DNA of 64,000 bases from Escherichia phage ECp13: the sequence record PP274704.1; one strand, given 5' to 3'. Both the position numbers and the translations under genes were made by a program. The notes under the pieces are model-generated. The model saw only the letters and a program-made list of their open reading frames with translations. It was not told the origin of the DNA and searched no databases. Shown one piece after another: positions 13,639 through 22,620 of the stretch (positions are counted from its first letter, which is position 1; every line of letters begins with the position of its first letter).

Positions 13639-14216
13639 AAGCGAGTACAGTACTTCAAATTGCATATTTAGTATCACAAGAATCAAAATGTTGCTCCTGG
13701 AAAGTAGGAGCAGTAATTGAAAAGAATGGACGTATTATTTCTACCGGATATAATGGTTCACCTGCCGGGGGTGTGAACTGTTGTGATTATGCTGCTGAGC
13801 AAGGTTGGTTGCTGAATAAGCCTAAACATACTATCATTCAAGGTCATAAACCTGAATGTGTATCATTTGGTTCAACTGATCGTTTTGTCTTGGCGAAAGA
13901 ACATCGTAGTGCTCACTCTGAATGGTCGTCTAAAAATGAAATTCATGCTGAACTAAATGCGATTTTGTTTGCTGCACGAAACGGTTCTTCAATTGAAGGT
14001 GCTACTATGTATGTAACACTTTCTCCTTGCCCAGATTGTGCAAAAGCGATAGCTCAATCTGGTATTAAAAAGCTGGTTTATTGCGAAACATACGATAAAA
14101 ATAAACCTGGCTGGGATGATATTCTGCGAAATGCAGGTATTGAAGTGTTTAATGTTCCTAAGAAAAACTTGAATAAGTTAAACTGGGAAAATATCAACGA
14201 ATTCTGTGGTGAATAA
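13635..14216 (+). CDS. cd: dCMP deaminase
   Basis: 193 aa; cytidine/dCMP deaminase zinc motifs HAELNA and SPCPDCA. Confidence 0.9.
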   Translation: MKASTVLQIAYLVSQESKCCSWKVGAVIEKNGRIISTGYNGSPAGGVNCCDYAAEQGWLLNKPKHTIIQGHKPECVSFGSTDRFVLAKEHRSAHSEWSSKNEIHAELNAILFAARNGSSIEGATMYVTLSPCPDCAKAIAQSGIKKLVYCETYDKNKPGWDDILRNAGIEVFNVPKKNLNKLNWENINEFCGE

Positions 14217-14452
14217 TGAAATTTCGTTTGGTACAGCTCACAGCAATTAGTTCTTATTCTACCGAGAACATTTCATTTGCTGTAGAGTATAAGAAATATT
14301 TTTTCTCTAGGTGGAAACAGTATTATAAATCAAATTGGGTTTGTATTGATAGACCGCATAGTTGGAAATCTGATTTAGAAAAATATCAAAAATTACTTTC
14401 CACTCTTAAAGAACGTGGAACAATTTATCATAAAACTGTAATAGGTAAATAA
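14216..14452 (+). CDS. hypothetical protein
   Basis: 78-aa ORF. Confidence 0.4.
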   Translation: MKFRLVQLTAISSYSTENISFAVEYKKYFFSRWKQYYKSNWVCIDRPHSWKSDLEKYQKLLSTLKERGTIYHKTVIGK

Positions 14453-14761
14453 ATGAAACTTACAACTGAACAAAAAGTAGCAATTCGTGAAATTTTGAAA
14501 ACTAAATTGTCCATGGGGGTTTCAAACGTAGTTTTTGAAAAGTCTGATGGTACTATTCGTACTATGAAAGGTACTCGTGATGCCGATTTTATGCCAACCA
14601 TGCAAACTGGTAAATTGACTGAATCTGCCCGGAAAGAATCTACTGATATGATTCCAGTATTTGATGTTGAGCTTGGCGAGTGGCGAGGTTTTTCTATTAA
14701 CAAATTGATTTCCGTTAATGGTATGAAAGTTGAGCATTTGCTTCAATTTATTGGTAAATAA
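14453..14761 (+). CDS. hypothetical protein
   Basis: 102-aa ORF. Confidence 0.4.
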   Translation: MKLTTEQKVAIREILKTKLSMGVSNVVFEKSDGTIRTMKGTRDADFMPTMQTGKLTESARKESTDMIPVFDVELGEWRGFSINKLISVNGMKVEHLLQFIGK

Positions 14762-14787
14762 ATGCTTTAAGAATTATTTGTTATTAT
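14761..14787 (+). promoter_or_regulatory. MotA-dependent middle promoter for gene 31
   Basis: MotA-box-like AATGCTTTA at 14761-14769 and TATTAT about 20 nt downstream. Confidence 0.45.
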
Positions 14788-14817
14788 TAATTCATCTGTT
14801 AACAAAAAGGAAAAACG

Positions 14818-15153
14818 ATGTCTGAAGTACAACAGCTACCAATTCGTGCTGTAGGTGAATATGTGATTTTAGTTTCTGAACCTGCACAAGCCGGTGATGA
14901 AGAAGTTACAGAATCAGGACTTATTATCGGTAAACGTGTTCAAGGTGAAGTTCCTGAACTGTGTGTAGTTCACTCTGTTGGTCCTGATGTTCCTGAAGGT
15001 TTCTGTGAAGTTGGTGATTTGACTTCTCTTCCAGTTGGTCAAATTCGAAACGTTCCACATCCTTTTGTAGCTCTGGGTCTTAAGCAGCCAAAAGAAATTA
15101 AACAAAAATTCGTTACCTGTCACTATAAAGCTATTCCGTGTCTTTATAAGTGA
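14818..15153 (+). CDS. 31: co-chaperonin (GroES analogue) for capsid protein folding
   Basis: 111 aa; sequence recognised as gp31; middle-promoter motif upstream. Confidence 0.9.
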
Positions 15154-15161
15154 TATAAATA
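15154..15161 (+). promoter_or_regulatory. late promoter TATAAATA between gene 31 and rIII
   Basis: Exact TATAAATA in an intergenic position. Confidence 0.4.
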
Positions 15162-15300
15162 ATAATATGAATTGGGTGTCGGAATAATAAGTTAACCGAA
15201 CAATTCTACGTGGTAGTCTACAACTGAGAGATCTGTCGAAAGAAGATGAAATTCAGAAGAACGTGACTACCGAGTTTTAATCTCTAACGAGAATTTTTAA

Positions 15301-15549
15301 ATGATTAAACAATTACAACACGCTCTTGAACTGCAACGAAACGCATGGAATAATGGTCACGAAAACTATGGCGCATCTATTGATGTTGAAGCCGAAGCTC
15401 TTGAAATCCTGCGTTATTTCAAACATCTGAATCCTGCTCAAACTGCATTAGCTGCTGAGCTTCAGGAAAAAGATGAACTTAAATATGCTAAGCCTCTGGC
15501 TTCTGCTGCGCGAAAAGCAGTTCGTCACTTTGTGGTAACACTGAAGTAA
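15301..15549 (+). CDS. rIII: rIII lysis-inhibition accessory protein
   Basis: 82 aa; sequence recognised as rIII; position between 31 and 30. Confidence 0.8.
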   Translation: MIKQLQHALELQRNAWNNGHENYGASIDVEAEALEILRYFKHLNPAQTALAAELQEKDELKYAKPLASAARKAVRHFVVTLK

Positions 15550-15668
15550 GTATGTTGACGAGGTTTATGGTTATCCTGTCGGTAAATATTCAAAACCTAT
15601 GTTCCCCTTGAGGGCTTGCGCAGGCAATGCCAATAAGTCCTGCATTTTCATTTAAAAGAGAATTTATA

Positions 15669-15845
15669 ATGGCAAAACAAGCTAAAGCAAAGAAAGCAGT
15701 TGAAAAGAAAGTTGGTGATTCTAAACGCGCTGGCTACAAGCGTGGGTCGAACTCTCGTATCAATCAAACTGTTGAGAAGATCATGCGCCGAGCACGTGCG
15801 GTTCTTCGAGATGATGCTTCTCGTTTTGGTAAGCAGAAAGCATAA
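15669..15845 (+). CDS. hypothetical small basic protein
   Basis: 58 aa from ATG 15669 (the track ORF begins at 15627); Lys/Arg-rich; terminator immediately downstream. Confidence 0.4.
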   Translation: MAKQAKAKKAVEKKVGDSKRAGYKRGSNSRINQTVEKIMRRARAVLRDDASRFGKQKA

Positions 15846-15850
15846 GTTGA

Positions 15851-15879
15851 GGACTCCTTCGGGAGTCCTTTTTTATTTT
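15851..15879 (+). terminator. rho-independent terminator
   Basis: GGACTCC-TTCG-GGAGTCC hairpin followed by TTTTTTATTTT. Confidence 0.75.
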
Positions 15880-15897
15880 CCAAAGATTGCACAAAGT

Positions 15898-15941
15898 TGT
15901 TTACAGTATAGTTCCTTTGTGATAGTATTATCTTACACAAA
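15898..15941 (+). promoter_or_regulatory. early promoter with flanking inverted repeat
   Basis: GTTTAC at 15898-15903, 18-nt spacer, TG-a-TAGTAT at 15919-15927; TTTGTG and CACAAA arms. Confidence 0.45.
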
Positions 15942-15955
15942 CAAAGGAGAATAAA

Positions 15956-16288
15956 ATGAAAACGATTAATCTGAACGCTACAGTTAAAACTAAATGCTTC
16001 AATGGTAAATATGATGAAACTATGTGGTTCTTAATGGCAGTTGAAGGTGATATTATTGAAGTAGAAACAACAGAAGGTATGGGAACAGATTTCACCTTTA
16101 CAATTCAAGTTCATAATTTCTTTACTGGTTGGATTTATGAATTGAATACAGTAATCGTTGGAAAAATTGAACAAAATGAATTGGGTGAATGGTATTATGT
16201 TACAGCTCGCCAACGTGCCGAACGCTTAATTGAGAAGATGAAAAAAGTTGGTAAACTTGACATGCAGCACTGGAAAGTAGTAAAATAA
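15956..16288 (+). CDS. hypothetical protein
   Basis: 110-aa ORF with AAGGAG ribosome-binding site and an early promoter upstream. Confidence 0.45.
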   Translation: MKTINLNATVKTKCFNGKYDETMWFLMAVEGDIIEVETTEGMGTDFTFTIQVHNFFTGWIYELNTVIVGKIEQNELGEWYYVTARQRAERLIEKMKKVGKLDMQHWKVVK

Positions 16289-16290
16289 TT

Positions 16291-16328
16291 GTTTACTTTG
16301 GTACAGGATATGATATTATATACCTGTA
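16291..16328 (+). promoter_or_regulatory. early promoter with stem-loop (PeSL-like)
   Basis: GTTTAC at 16291-16296, 17-nt spacer, TG-a-TATTAT at 16311-16319; arms GGTACAGG and CCTGTACC. Confidence 0.55.
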
Positions 16329-16343
16329 CCGCAATTAAACATC

Positions 16344-16721
16344 TTGGAGAATAAAATGAACTACATCAACTTTGAACGTAAATATGTTTCTAATGGTATT
16401 GCAGGTTCTATTGATACTATTTGCCTTTGGAAACATCAAAATGGATCAGTATGCGAAATTGAACAGTATATGACTCCTAACTACGTTTATATGCGATTTG
16501 AAAATGGCATCACGGTTTCAATCACAATGGAAGGTTCCAACTTCAAAATCGCTTTGGATGATGATTTTCGTCAACGCGATTTAGGGACTCATCCTTGCTG
16601 GAATGGCGTTAATCGCAAGCTTCTGGTTAAAACTTGGATTCGTCATATTCTAAGTAACAGAGCTAAACCTGAGCATCTTGAAGCAATCTTTGATGTAGTT
16701 CTTAACGAATTTGATATTTAA
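16344..16721 (+). CDS. hypothetical protein
   Basis: 125-aa ORF with GGAG ribosome-binding site and an early-promoter stem-loop upstream. Confidence 0.45.
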   Translation: MENKMNYINFERKYVSNGIAGSIDTICLWKHQNGSVCEIEQYMTPNYVYMRFENGITVSITMEGSNFKIALDDDFRQRDLGTHPCWNGVNRKLLVKTWIRHILSNRAKPEHLEAIFDVVLNEFDI

Positions 16722-16731
16722 AATAAAATGA

Positions 16732-16745
16732 GGGGCTTCGGCCCC
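16732..16745 (+). other. stable UUCG-tetraloop hairpin
   Basis: GGGGC-TTCG-GCCCC with no clean T-tract downstream. Confidence 0.4.
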
Positions 16746-16762
16746 TTACTGAGGAAAATACT

Positions 16763-17050
16763 ATGTTTATGACTACTTATTTTGACACCCGCAAAAATTT
16801 CTGTGAAGTAGTTTTCTCAAAGGCGCCTAAAGACCTTCCTGCTCATTTGCAACCTACCAGCGAATCGATTAAAAACTACGTTAATGTAGTATGTCCTTTA
16901 GAGTTCCGTACTGTAAATGGCCGCGATACTTTAGCTATCACTAAACTCAATCGTGAAATTGACATTGACCCTTCAATTGCGCGCGAAATTAACATTTCTG
17001 ATATTGGCGGCGGTAATGTTAAATCACACGGTTTTCAGATGAGATTTTAA
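16763..17050 (+). CDS. hypothetical protein
   Basis: 95-aa ORF. Confidence 0.4.
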   Translation: MFMTTYFDTRKNFCEVVFSKAPKDLPAHLQPTSESIKNYVNVVCPLEFRTVNGRDTLAITKLNREIDIDPSIAREINISDIGGGNVKSHGFQMRF

Positions 17051-17054
17051 TAAA

Positions 17055-17270
17055 ATGTTTAAGAAATTAATCCAGAAATTACTTGGCACGGAAATGGTCG
17101 AAGTTACTTATCGCGTGACTGATGTCTCTCCGCTCACTGAAGACCATTTAGAGCCGTATATTATGACAATTAAAATGCTTAAATATGATGGCGGATTATC
17201 TATTGAAGACCGTTTACCGGGTTACGGTCATTGGGCTGATGTTGAAATTATAAGTATTAAAGATGTCTGA
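17055..17270 (+). CDS. hypothetical protein
   Basis: 71-aa ORF. Confidence 0.4.
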   Translation: MFKKLIQKLLGTEMVEVTYRVTDVSPLTEDHLEPYIMTIKMLKYDGGLSIEDRLPGYGHWADVEIISIKDV

Positions 17271-17721
17271 GTTAGAGATAAGAAGCAATTTTAGATGGCC
17301 ATCATGCGCATTAAGTAATTTCGCCCAATGGCCTTTCGTCATGGATGGTATCCAATTTGGAGGTCTCGAAGGATTCCTCCAAGGATGTAAGGTGAAAAAT
17401 GTTGAACAGCAAAGACGTATATTTGGGTTATCCGGGCTTGTCGCTCAACAAGCTGGAAGGTCTTATGCTAGAGCTCAGGACCGTGGGACCCTCTTCTGGC
17501 TTGGAGTTCCGTTTTCAAGATACTCCTCAGCGTGGAAAGAATTATACACAAATGCATATTTTGAAGCAGCGTTCCAAAACAAGGGCTTTCGCGATGCATT
17601 ACAAGCCTCGAAAGGAAAAGTTTTGAAGCATAGCATGGCTAGCGGTCTAACAAAAGATGATACAATACTAACCGAAGCTGAATTTATTGATGTGTTAAAC
17701 CTATTAAGAGACTCTCTATGA
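17263..17721 (+). CDS. NADAR / YbiA-like (DUF1768) domain protein
   Basis: 152 aa; CALSNFAQWPF and GLEGFLQ motifs resemble NADAR-family proteins. Confidence 0.5.
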   Translation: MSELEIRSNFRWPSCALSNFAQWPFVMDGIQFGGLEGFLQGCKVKNVEQQRRIFGLSGLVAQQAGRSYARAQDRGTLFWLGVPFSRYSSAWKELYTNAYFEAAFQNKGFRDALQASKGKVLKHSMASGLTKDDTILTEAEFIDVLNLLRDSL

Positions 17722-18560
17722 AGCCTACTATTTTAACTGATATTGATGGAGTATGTTTAAGCTGGCAATCAGGTCTTCCTTATTTTGCTCAGAAATATAA
17801 TCTTCCGTTAGAACATATTTTAAAAATGATCCAAGATGAGAAATTTATTTCTCCAGGTAAACTCTTTAATTGTGATGAAGAACTTGGTGTCAAGTTAATT
17901 GAAAAATATAATCGTTCAGATTTTATTCGTTACTTGTCTCCATATAAAGATGCTCTATGCGTAATTAACAAACTAAAAGAAGATTATAATTTTGTGGCTG
18001 TTACGGCATTGGGTGATTCTATTGACGCTCTGCTGAATCGTCAATTTAATTTGAATGCTCTTTTTCCTGGTGCCTTCTCAGAAGTAATGATGTGTGGTCA
18101 TGATTCTTCAAAAGAAGAGTTATTCAAAAAGGCAAAAGAGAAATATAACGTAATTTGTTATATTGACGATCTCGCTCACCATTGCGATCATGCGAGTGAA
18201 ATATTAAATGTTCCTGTTTATTGGATGGCTCGAGGAGAGCGTGACAATATTCCAAAAACTGCTCAGCGAGTTTATACATGGAATGATGTAGAAAATAAGC
18301 TTTTTTCACCAAAGGAAAATAAAGAAAGTTTTGATAGTGAAAAAGCTATAAAAGATGTGATTGAGAAGATGATTAAAAACGATTCTTTTCCTTGGAACAC
18401 TACCTGGAGAACTCCTGGATTAAATCCATATCATCCATATTATACACACCCATATCAAACACATCCGTTTCAGACATGGAACTACATTAAACCTGGTGGC
18501 ATAGAGTATTTGTATAATAGACCTACTAGCGGTGATAATATTTTCCAAGGAGCATTCTAA
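17718..18560 (+). CDS. HAD-superfamily hydrolase-like protein with a His/Pro/Tyr-rich C-terminal tail
   Basis: 280 aa; N-terminal ILTDIDGV matches HAD motif I; C-terminal NPYHPYYTHPYQTHPFQTW. Confidence 0.4.
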   Translation: MKPTILTDIDGVCLSWQSGLPYFAQKYNLPLEHILKMIQDEKFISPGKLFNCDEELGVKLIEKYNRSDFIRYLSPYKDALCVINKLKEDYNFVAVTALGDSIDALLNRQFNLNALFPGAFSEVMMCGHDSSKEELFKKAKEKYNVICYIDDLAHHCDHASEILNVPVYWMARGERDNIPKTAQRVYTWNDVENKLFSPKENKESFDSEKAIKDVIEKMIKNDSFPWNTTWRTPGLNPYHPYYTHPYQTHPFQTWNYIKPGGIEYLYNRPTSGDNIFQGAF

Positions 18561-18829
18561 TGTTTGTCGTTCACACTATTTATGAAAATGAAGGTAATAC
18601 TACACGTGATTATGGTCACGTAAATCAATTTTTTAGATGCAATCCAGAATTCCGAGCTCAAAAAGACGAACGAATTTTTAAAAAATGTGTAGAGCAAGGT
18701 TTCATTTACGTCAAGCACTGGATGCAAGGAAATAAAGTTAGAACTACATATCACAGGTCTTTGCCTGAGCTTAATGATGAATTGATTTATAATAGAAATG
18801 TAAATCAAACTCTGAAGGATGAACAATGA
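18560..18829 (+). CDS. hypothetical protein
   Basis: 89-aa ORF directly upstream of the ligase gene. Confidence 0.4.
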   Translation: MFVVHTIYENEGNTTRDYGHVNQFFRCNPEFRAQKDERIFKKCVEQGFIYVKHWMQGNKVRTTYHRSLPELNDELIYNRNVNQTLKDEQ

Positions 18830-20286
18830 TTCTTAAAATTCTGAATGAAATAGCATCTATTGGATCAACTAAGCAGAAGCAAGCAATTCTTGAAAAGAAT
18901 AAAGATAACGAATTGCTTAAACGAGTATATCGTCTGACTTATTCTCGTGGGTTACAGTATTATATCAAGAAATGGCCTAAGCCTGGTATTGCTACCCAGA
19001 GTTTTGGAATGCTGACTATTACCGATATGCTTGACTTCATTGAATTCACGTTAGCTACTCGGAAATTGACTGGAAATGCGGCAATTGAGGAATTAACTGG
19101 ATATATCACTGATGGTAAAAAGGATGATGTTGAAGTTTTGCGTCGAGTTATGATGCGAGACCTTGAATGCGGTGCTTCAGTATCTATTGCAAACAAAGTT
19201 TGGCCAGGTTTAATTCCTGAACAACCTCAAATGCTGGCAAGTTCTTATGATGAAAAAGGCATTAGTAAGAATATCAAATTTCCAGCTTTTGCACAGTTAA
19301 AAGCAGATGGAGCTCGGTGTTTTGCTGAAGTCCGAGGCGATGAATTAGATGATGTTCGTCTTTTATCACGAGCTGGTAATGAATATCTAGGATTAGATCT
19401 TCTTAAAGAAGAGTTAATCAAAATGACTGCCGAAGCCCGCCAGATTCATCCAGAAGGTGTGTTAATCGATGGCGAATTGGTATACCATGAGCAAGTTGAA
19501 AAGGAGCCAGAAGGCCTAGATTTTCTTTTTGATACTCCTGAAAATAGTAAAGTTAAAGAGTTTGCCGAAGTAGCTGAATCACGTACTGCTTCTAATGGAA
19601 TCGCCAATAAATCTTTAAAGGGAACTATTTCAGAAAAAGAAGCCAAATGCATGAAGTTTCAGGTCTGGGATTATGTCCCGTTGGTAGAAATATACGGTCT
19701 TCCAGCGTTTCGTTTAAAATATGATGTACGTTTTTCTAAACTAGAACAAATGACATCAGGATATGATAAAGTAATTTTAATTGAAAACCAGGTAGTAAAT
19801 AACCTAGATGAAGCTAAGGTAATTTATAAAAAGTATATTGACCAAGGTCTTGAAGGTATTATTCTCAAAAATACCGATGGATTATGGGAAAATGCTCGTT
19901 CAAAAAATCTTTATAAATTTAAAGAAGTAATTGATGTTGATTTAAAAATTGTAGGAATTTATCCTCACCGTAAAGACCCTACTAAAGCGGGTGGATTTAT
20001 TCTTGAATCAGAGTGTGGAAAAATTAAAGTAAATGCTGGTTCAGGCTTAAAAGATAAAGCCGGTGTAAAATCGCATGAACTTGACCGTACTCGCATCATG
20101 GAAAACCAAAATTATTATATTGGAAAAATTCTAGAGTGCGAATGTAACGGTTGGTTAAAATCTGATGGCCGCACTGATTACGTTAAATTATTTCTTCCGA
20201 TTGCGATTCGTTTACGTGAAGATAAAACTAAAGCTAATACATTCGAGGATGTATTTGGTGATTTTCATGAGGTAACTGGTCTATGA
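18826..20286 (+). CDS. 30: ATP-dependent DNA ligase
   Basis: 486 aa; adenylation motif LKADGARC; sequence recognised as T4-type ligase. Confidence 0.95.
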   Translation: MILKILNEIASIGSTKQKQAILEKNKDNELLKRVYRLTYSRGLQYYIKKWPKPGIATQSFGMLTITDMLDFIEFTLATRKLTGNAAIEELTGYITDGKKDDVEVLRRVMMRDLECGASVSIANKVWPGLIPEQPQMLASSYDEKGISKNIKFPAFAQLKADGARCFAEVRGDELDDVRLLSRAGNEYLGLDLLKEELIKMTAEARQIHPEGVLIDGELVYHEQVEKEPEGLDFLFDTPENSKVKEFAEVAESRTASNGIANKSLKGTISEKEAKCMKFQVWDYVPLVEIYGLPAFRLKYDVRFSKLEQMTSGYDKVILIENQVVNNLDEAKVIYKKYIDQGLEGIILKNTDGLWENARSKNLYKFKEVIDVDLKIVGIYPHRKDPTKAGGFILESECGKIKVNAGSGLKDKAGVKSHELDRTRIMENQNYYIGKILECECNGWLKSDGRTDYVKLFLPIAIRLREDKTKANTFEDVFGDFHEVTGL

Positions 20287-20471
20287 AAGCTTACTTAGAA
20301 ACAATTGTCGTTGCTCAAAAAGAAGGCGGAGATGTTTCTACTTCTGTATCACAAATTATGATTGAATTTATAGATGCATATGCTTATAATAAATTCACAG
20401 AAACATTTGATGCCTATGAAAAAGGTCCAAAGTTTGAAATATATCGTACTCTCTTACCAATAGATTATTAA
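20283..20471 (+). CDS. hypothetical small protein
   Basis: 62-aa ORF coupled to the ligase stop; terminator hairpin follows. Confidence 0.4.
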   Translation: MKAYLETIVVAQKEGGDVSTSVSQIMIEFIDAYAYNKFTETFDAYEKGPKFEIYRTLLPIDY

Positions 20472-20492
20472 AGGCCTTCGGGCCTTTAATTT
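20471..20492 (+). terminator. rho-independent terminator between the gene 30 operon and alt
   Basis: AAGGCC-TTCG-GGCCTT hairpin plus a T-rich tail. Confidence 0.6.
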
Positions 20493-20500
20493 TATAAATA
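20493..20500 (+). promoter_or_regulatory. late promoter TATAAATA for alt
   Basis: Exact TATAAATA 24 nt upstream of the alt ATG, just after a terminator hairpin. Confidence 0.6.
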
Positions 20501-20523
20501 GAATAAACACTAGAGAGGATATG

Positions 20524-22617
20524 ATGGAACTCATTACAGAATTATTTGACGAAGATACTACTCTTCCGATTACAAACTTAAATCCAAAGAAGAAAATACC
20601 ACAAATTTTTTCAGTTCATGTTGATGACGCAATTGAACAGCCAGGCTTTCGTTTATGTACCTATACATCTGGAGGTGATACTAATCGCGATTTAAAGATG
20701 GGCGATAAAATGATGCATATTGTTCCTTTTACATTAACTGCTAAAGGCTCAATTGCTAAATTAAAAGGTCTCGGTCCAAGCCCAATTAATTACATCAATT
20801 CAGTTTTTACTGTTGCAATGCAGACGATGCGTCAGTATAAAATTGATGCCTGTATGCTCCGTATTCTTAAGTCTAAAACTGCTGGTCAAGCTCGACAAAT
20901 TCAACTTATTGCTGATAGACTTATTCGCAGCCGTTCAGGAGGCAGATACGTCCTTCTTAAGGAACTCTGGGATTACGATAAAAAGTACGCATATATTCTT
21001 ATACATCGCAAAAATGTATCACTAGAAGACATTCCAGGAGTTCCGGAAATTAGTACCGAGCTCTTTACTAAAGTTGAATCGAAGGTCGGCGATGTTTATA
21101 TCAATAAAGATACTGGAGCTCAAGTAACTAAAAATGAGGCAATTGCAGCATCTATTGCGCAAGAAAACGATAAACGCTCTGACCAAGCTGTAATAGTTAA
21201 AGTTAAAATTTCCCGTAGAGCAATTGCACAAAGTCAGTCATTGGAATCTTCTAGATTTGAAAGTGAATTATTCCAAAAGTATGAATCTACTGCAGCTAAT
21301 TTCAATAAACCTGCTACCGCTCCTTTAATTCCCGAAGCGGAAGAAATGAAACTTGGAATTAATTCAATAGCTTCTAAAACTAAGGCAGCAAAAATCATTG
21401 CCGAAGGAACTGCAGATGAACTTCATTATGACTATAAATTCTTTTCAAAAAGTGAGGTTAATGAAGTTTCTGAAAAGATTAAAGATGTAATTCTTAATGC
21501 GATTAAAAATGAACCAACTACTTCAATAAAATGTTTAGAGAAATACGCAGCAGCCGTTAATCAATTCTTTGAAGAATATAAAGATAATTGGCTTGATAAA
21601 CATAATAAAACTCGTAAAGGGCAGCCAGATGAAGTCTGGGAAGAAATAACTAAAAATTCCTGGAACGCAGCAAAAACTAAATTCCTCAAACGAATGATTT
21701 ATAGTTTTTCTGGAATTGGTGCAGGTCCAATGATTGATATTACTATTGCCCGTGATGGTTCTAAATATACTCCATCACAAAAGCGCGGCATTAGAGAGTA
21801 TTGTGGTTCAGGATATACTGACATCAATAATCTTCTTTTAGGACGCTACAATCCAGAACGATATGATGTAATGAGTGAAAAAGAAATTGAATCTGCTATA
21901 AATAACTTAGATTCAGCTTTTGAAAATGGTGACCGTATACCAGAAGGCATTACAGTTTATCGTGCTCAAAGTATGACTGCTCCTATATACGAAGCACTAG
22001 TTAAAAATAAAGTGTTCTATTTCAGAAATTTTGTATCTACTTCTTTAACTCCTATCATTTTTGGACGTTTTGGAATTACGCATGCTGGTATTGGTCTTTT
22101 AGAACCAGAAGCTCGTAATGAATTGACAGTTGATAAAAATGAAGAAGGAATAACTATTAATCCAAACGAAATAAGAGCGTATAAAGAAAATCCTGAATAC
22201 GTTAAAGTTCAAATAGGATGGGCAATTGATGGAGCTCATAAAGTTAATGTTGTATATCCAGGAAGTCTCGGAATAGCAACAGAAGCTGAAGTTATTCTAC
22301 CACGCGGATTGATGGTCAAAGTTAATAAAATAACTGATGCTTCTAATAATGACGGAACAACATCTAATAATACAAAACTTATTCAAGCTGAAGTTATGAC
22401 TACGGAAGAACTCACCGAATCAGTAATTTATGACGGTGACCGTCTAATGGAAACTGGTGAAGTAATTGCAATGACAGGTGATATTGAAATAGAAGACAGA
22501 GTTGACTTTGCATCATTTGTTTCATCAAATGTTAAACAAAAAGTAGAATCATCTCTTGGAATTATTGCGTCTTGCATAGATATTACAAACATGCCTTACA
22601 AGTTCGTTCAAGGATAA
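20524..22617 (+). CDS. alt: ADP-ribosyltransferase Alt (capsid-packaged), copy 1
   Basis: 697 aa; N-terminal MELITELFD region; R-S-E triad (VYRAQ, FVSTSL, EAEVILPRG); late promoter TATAAATA just upstream. Confidence 0.85.
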   Translation: MELITELFDEDTTLPITNLNPKKKIPQIFSVHVDDAIEQPGFRLCTYTSGGDTNRDLKMGDKMMHIVPFTLTAKGSIAKLKGLGPSPINYINSVFTVAMQTMRQYKIDACMLRILKSKTAGQARQIQLIADRLIRSRSGGRYVLLKELWDYDKKYAYILIHRKNVSLEDIPGVPEISTELFTKVESKVGDVYINKDTGAQVTKNEAIAASIAQENDKRSDQAVIVKVKISRRAIAQSQSLESSRFESELFQKYESTAANFNKPATAPLIPEAEEMKLGINSIASKTKAAKIIAEGTADELHYDYKFFSKSEVNEVSEKIKDVILNAIKNEPTTSIKCLEKYAAAVNQFFEEYKDNWLDKHNKTRKGQPDEVWEEITKNSWNAAKTKFLKRMIYSFSGIGAGPMIDITIARDGSKYTPSQKRGIREYCGSGYTDINNLLLGRYNPERYDVMSEKEIESAINNLDSAFENGDRIPEGITVYRAQSMTAPIYEALVKNKVFYFRNFVSTSLTPIIFGRFGITHAGIGLLEPEARNELTVDKNEEGITINPNEIRAYKENPEYVKVQIGWAIDGAHKVNVVYPGSLGIATEAEVILPRGLMVKVNKITDASNNDGTTSNNTKLIQAEVMTTEELTESVIYDGDRLMETGEVIAMTGDIEIEDRVDFASFVSSNVKQKVESSLGIIASCIDITNMPYKFVQG

Positions 22618-22620
22618 ATC

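Noticed and set aside
15700-15954. 84-aa plus-strand ORF spanning the 15851 terminator
   Set aside because: Alternate frame running through the terminator hairpin and the next promoter.
17399-17626. 75-aa plus-strand ORF inside the NADAR-like gene
   Set aside because: Alternate frame of a gene with clear domain motifs.
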